DNA of 34,488 nucleotides. Origin: Parvularia atlantis (lineage: Eukaryota). Both the position numbers and the translations under genes were made by a program. Within the stretch, counting starts at the first letter, position 1. Each line of letters opens with the position of its first letter. The notes beneath the pieces were generated by a model. It was not told the DNA's origin and did no database searches. It saw nothing but the letters and a program-made list of their open reading frames with translations. The stretch lies in assembly GCA_943704415.1 (NCBI GenBank), contig CALSCO010000636.1, positions 1 through 34,488 on the forward strand. The letters run 5' to 3'. Below, in pieces: positions 33,573 to 34,488 of this stretch.

Positions 33573-34488
33573 TCACAGGAAGACGACCGTGCGCACGGCC
33601 CAGGCGATCACGGCGCACACCGCCGCCGCCACGCCCGTGCCGACAAAGCTTGGCATCTTGAGCTGGAAGACGATCTTCATGTACACGGCCAGGGCCGTCC
33701 AGAACGCGGTCGTGAACAGCCAGACGTAGAGCAGCGTGTCGACCGAGCCCGGGAAGACGATGAGCGAGAGCGTGCCCGAGACACTCGACAGGAACCAGAG
33801 CACGCCGGCCGTCGCGCGGACTTGGTTGAGCGTGGCGACGGCCGCAAAGTTGGCCAGAATCAGGCCGAGCAGGCTCGCGAAGACCGAGACGCTCAGCTTG
33901 GCCATGGCGTGGCGCGACGCGGCGGCCGCGGCCGCGACGCTCGTCGTCGGCGGCGTGCCGACACCGATGTGTGCGTTGCCGGCGGTGAGCGGGTCCGTGT
34001 CGAGCACGACGGATGGGCGGTCCGCGAACAGGTGTTTGCACTCAATCTCGGCCTGCGATGAGCCGACTTGGGGTGCCATGCGATTGAAGCAGTTGAGGTA
34101 CTCGATGTTCAACGGCGGCACGGTCGCGTCTGAGGCGGGGCCGTGCGTGAGACGACGGCACGCGGCACAAGCGGCGCACGAGGGCGCACCAGTCGTCGTC
34201 GACGCCTCGTACATGCTCAGGGGCGTGCGCACGAGCGCGGCCACGGCCACGAGCGCCACCAGCACTGAGATGGCGATCCACCGCCAGTTCTCCGGGCGGA
34301 ACATGTCGCGATCGGCGCGCTGGTCGGCGGGCAGCATCGTGCCGCGCGCGCTGAAGGGCGAGCCGGCGGCGGAGGCATTCTGTGCGGCGCACGCGCGCAT
34401 GCGGCGTGAGCGCCGTGAGCGAGCGGGCCGGTGTGCGACGCCGCGGGGCGCGCACCCGGTCCAGGTCGGGGGCGGGGGCGGGGGCGGG
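33573..34488 (-). CDS. Unknown multi-pass membrane protein, probably 5'-partial
   Basis: About five hydrophobic segments (WIAISVLVALVAVAALV; LSVSVFASLLGLILANFAAVA; VLWFLSSVSGTLSLIVF; LLYVWLFTTAFWTALAVY; FVGTGVAAAVCAVIAWAV). Stop at 33573-33575, with typical introns upstream. Confidence 0.7.
   Translation of the reverse strand, partial: PPPPPPPTWTGCAPRGVAHRPARSRRSRRMRACAAQNASAAGSPFSARGTMLPADQRADRDMFRPENWRWIAISVLVALVAVAALVRTPLSMYEASTTTGAPSCAACAACRRLTHGPASDATVPPLNIEYLNCFNRMAPQVGSSQAEIECKHLFADRPSVVLDTDPLTAGNAHIGVGTPPTTSVAAAAAASRHAMAKLSVSVFASLLGLILANFAAVATLNQVRATAGVLWFLSSVSGTLSLIVFPGSVDTLLYVWLFTTAFWTALAVYMKIVFQLKMPSFVGTGVAAAVCAVIAWAVRTVVFL

Noticed and set aside
1..34488. Introner-type mobile introns or U12 introns
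   Set aside because: Introns share only splice signals and low-complexity GC content, with no extended similarity or terminal repeats visible by eye. I noticed no RTATCCT donors. An all-vs-all intron alignment would be decisive.
1..34488. CRISPR arrays, rRNA/tRNA genes, transposases, prokaryotic operons
   Set aside because: None seen. Almost the whole window is explained by spliced eukaryotic genes.

Overview
This is eukaryotic nuclear DNA from an extremely compact, very GC-rich protist genome. It is probably a unicellular opisthokont or relative (inference from the Shemin-pathway ALAS with CP motifs, fungal-like AsnRS, CRELD and WDR7). Manual splicing gives 18 intron-rich genes. Introns are mostly ~50-75 nt, with GTGCG-type donors, a CTGAC/CTCAC branch point and YAG acceptors. 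Gene order: DnaJA(+, partial), CRELD(-), orphan(+), haspin(-), ALAS(-), NOP56(-), AsnRS(+), BET3(-), WDR7(-), KIAA1143/DUF4604(+), SRP14(+), YKT6(-), aquaporin(+), SAP30BP(+), eIF5(-), NUDT21(-), BCD1/ZNHIT6(-), unknown membrane protein(-, partial). The supplied ORF track mostly reflects GC-driven or intron-spanning ORFs. Main signals: (1) a candidate leaky-scanning bicistronic unit, KIAA1143-SRP14, with a 7-nt spacer, a weak first AUG, no ATG in any frame for ~725 nt and a strong second AUG; (2) further near-zero tandem spacers, including a TGATG stop-start overlap; (3) about 19 GC-AG introns, far above the usual ~1%; (4) a spliced, poor-context uORF ahead of eIF5; (5) an oversized structured NOP56 intron; (6) head-to-head ATGs only 24-76 nt apart. 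All gene models are hand-derived and family calls come from recalled motifs, not database searches.
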